Positions 17,586 to 18,249 of a stretch of DNA of 18,249 nt are shown piece by piece (positions within the stretch are counted from its first letter, which is position 1; each line of letters begins with the position of its first letter). The position numbers and the translations under genes were made by a program. The notes beneath the pieces were generated by a model that searched no databases, was not told the DNA's origin, and saw nothing but the letters and a program-made list of their open reading frames with translations. Where the stretch lies: the NCBI GenBank assembly GCA_048268245.1, contig JBLWVX010000042.1:1-18249 (forward strand), given 5' to 3'. This stretch comes from Arcobacteraceae bacterium. GTDB taxonomy: Bacteria; Campylobacterota; Campylobacteria; Campylobacterales; Arcobacteraceae.

Positions 17586-17670
17586 GGTGAGGTTGGAGAG
17601 TGGTCAAATCCTGCGGATTGTAAATCCGCCGCCTACGGCTTCGAAGGTTCGAATCCTTCCCTCACCACCA
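17586..17670 (+). tRNA. tRNA-Tyr (GTA)
   Basis: Acceptor GGTGAGG/CCTCACC, anticodon arm GCGGA-TTGTAAA-TCCGC, long variable arm, T-loop TTCGAAT, CCA; 85 nt. Confidence 0.98.
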
Positions 17671-17680
17671 TGTAAATGAT

Positions 17681-17757
17681 GCGGGAGTAGCTCAGTTGGC
17701 TAGAGCCTCTGCCTTCCAAGCAGATTGTCGCGAGTTCGAGTCTCGTCTCCCGCTCCA
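17681..17757 (+). tRNA. tRNA-Gly (TCC)
   Basis: Acceptor GCGGGAG/CTCCCGC, anticodon arm TCTGC-CTTCCAA-GCAGA, T-loop TTCGAGT, CCA; 77 nt. Confidence 0.98.
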
Positions 17758-17774
17758 TTTATTTTATTGTTTAC

Positions 17775-17830
17775 TGGGAGCTGAGTTATAAGCACATTTT
17801 TTTATAACTCTACATATAAAAACACTCCCA
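17775..17830 (+). other. Nested stem-loop downstream of tRNA-Gly
   Basis: Outer stem TGGGAG (17775-17780)/CTCCCA (17825-17830); inner stem GAGTTATAA (17783-17791)/TTATAACTC (17802-17810). Confidence 0.6.
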
Positions 17831-17857
17831 TTAAAGTTAATTTTAGTATTTTTTAAA

Positions 17858-17863
17858 TATAAT
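17858..17863 (+). promoter_or_regulatory. Putative -10 element of a tuf promoter
   Basis: Consensus TATAAT preceded by periodic T-rich tracts, as in Campylobacterota sigma70 promoters, about 100 bp upstream of tuf. Confidence 0.55.
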
Positions 17864-17891
17864 ACACGTCACAAAACAAATAATAGTAATC

Positions 17892-17933
17892 CCCTCTGAA
17901 TAGAGAAGCCAATGGGCTTATCTACTCAGAGGG
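17892..17933 (+). other. Long GC-rich hairpin in the tuf leader
   Basis: CCCTCTGA/TCAGAGGG + TAGA/TCTA + AAGCC/GGCTT (17 bp, two 1x1 mismatches), AATG loop; no U tract follows. Confidence 0.75.
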
Positions 17934-17964
17934 CTATAACCACAAATTTTAGAAGGGGAATTTT

Positions 17965-18249
17965 ATGGCAAAAGAAAAATTCGAAAGATCGAAACCGCAC
18001 GTAAATATCGGTACTATTGGTCACGTTGACCACGGTAAAACTACATTAACAGCAGCTATCACTATGTGTTTAGGGCTTAAAAATGGTCAAGCTACAATGG
18101 ATTATGATCAAATTGATAATGCTCCAGAGGAAAGAGAAAGAGGAATTACTATTGCTACTTCTCACGTTGAGTATGAAACTGAAACTAGACACTACGCTCA
18201 CGTAGATTGTCCAGGTCACGCCGATTATGTTAAGAACATGATTACTGGT
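17965..18249 (+). CDS. tuf: Elongation factor Tu (5' partial, runs off the window)
   Basis: [32 protein letters not shown]...[13 protein letters not shown]...[30 protein letters not shown]. Not listed in the ORF track. Confidence 0.99.
   Translation, partial: MAKEKFERSKPHVNIGTIGHVDHGKTTLTAAITMCLGLKNGQATMDYDQIDNAPEERERGITIATSHVEYETETRHYAHVDCPGHADYVKNMITG

Noticed and set aside
1..18249. CRISPR array, prophage, integron, toxin-antitoxin or defence system
   Set aside because: No regularly spaced direct repeats, att/integrase signatures or unexplained long ORFs were seen; every long ORF maps to a known housekeeping family.

Overview
AT-rich core-chromosome segment of a Campylobacterota bacterium. 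Protein style and gene order suggest Arcobacteraceae; this is my inference, not a database result. The first ~1.45 kb is mobile-element debris: the last 139 bp of an IS3-family element, cut off by a decayed, internally deleted IS256-family element (408-1449) whose right end appears to sit inside the cyclophilin terminator. The rest is housekeeping: ppi <- ftsI <- -> ftsW-murG -> <- uppP-mqnA <- -> moaD-moaE-hisK -> glnA -> (bidirectional terminator) <- PBP1A <- orphan ABC ATPase <- gpmI <- -> mraY-murD -> tRNA-Phe/Thr/Tyr/Gly -> tuf (partial). I found no CRISPR array, prophage, defence system or clearly novel protein-coding system. The best leads are regulatory or structural: a palindrome array upstream of a non-adenylylatable glnA, a long hairpin where tRNA-Thr(GGT) usually precedes tuf, compact divergent promoters (possibly leaderless ftsW), an orphan ABC ATPase coupled to PBP1A, and the nested IS/deletion scar.
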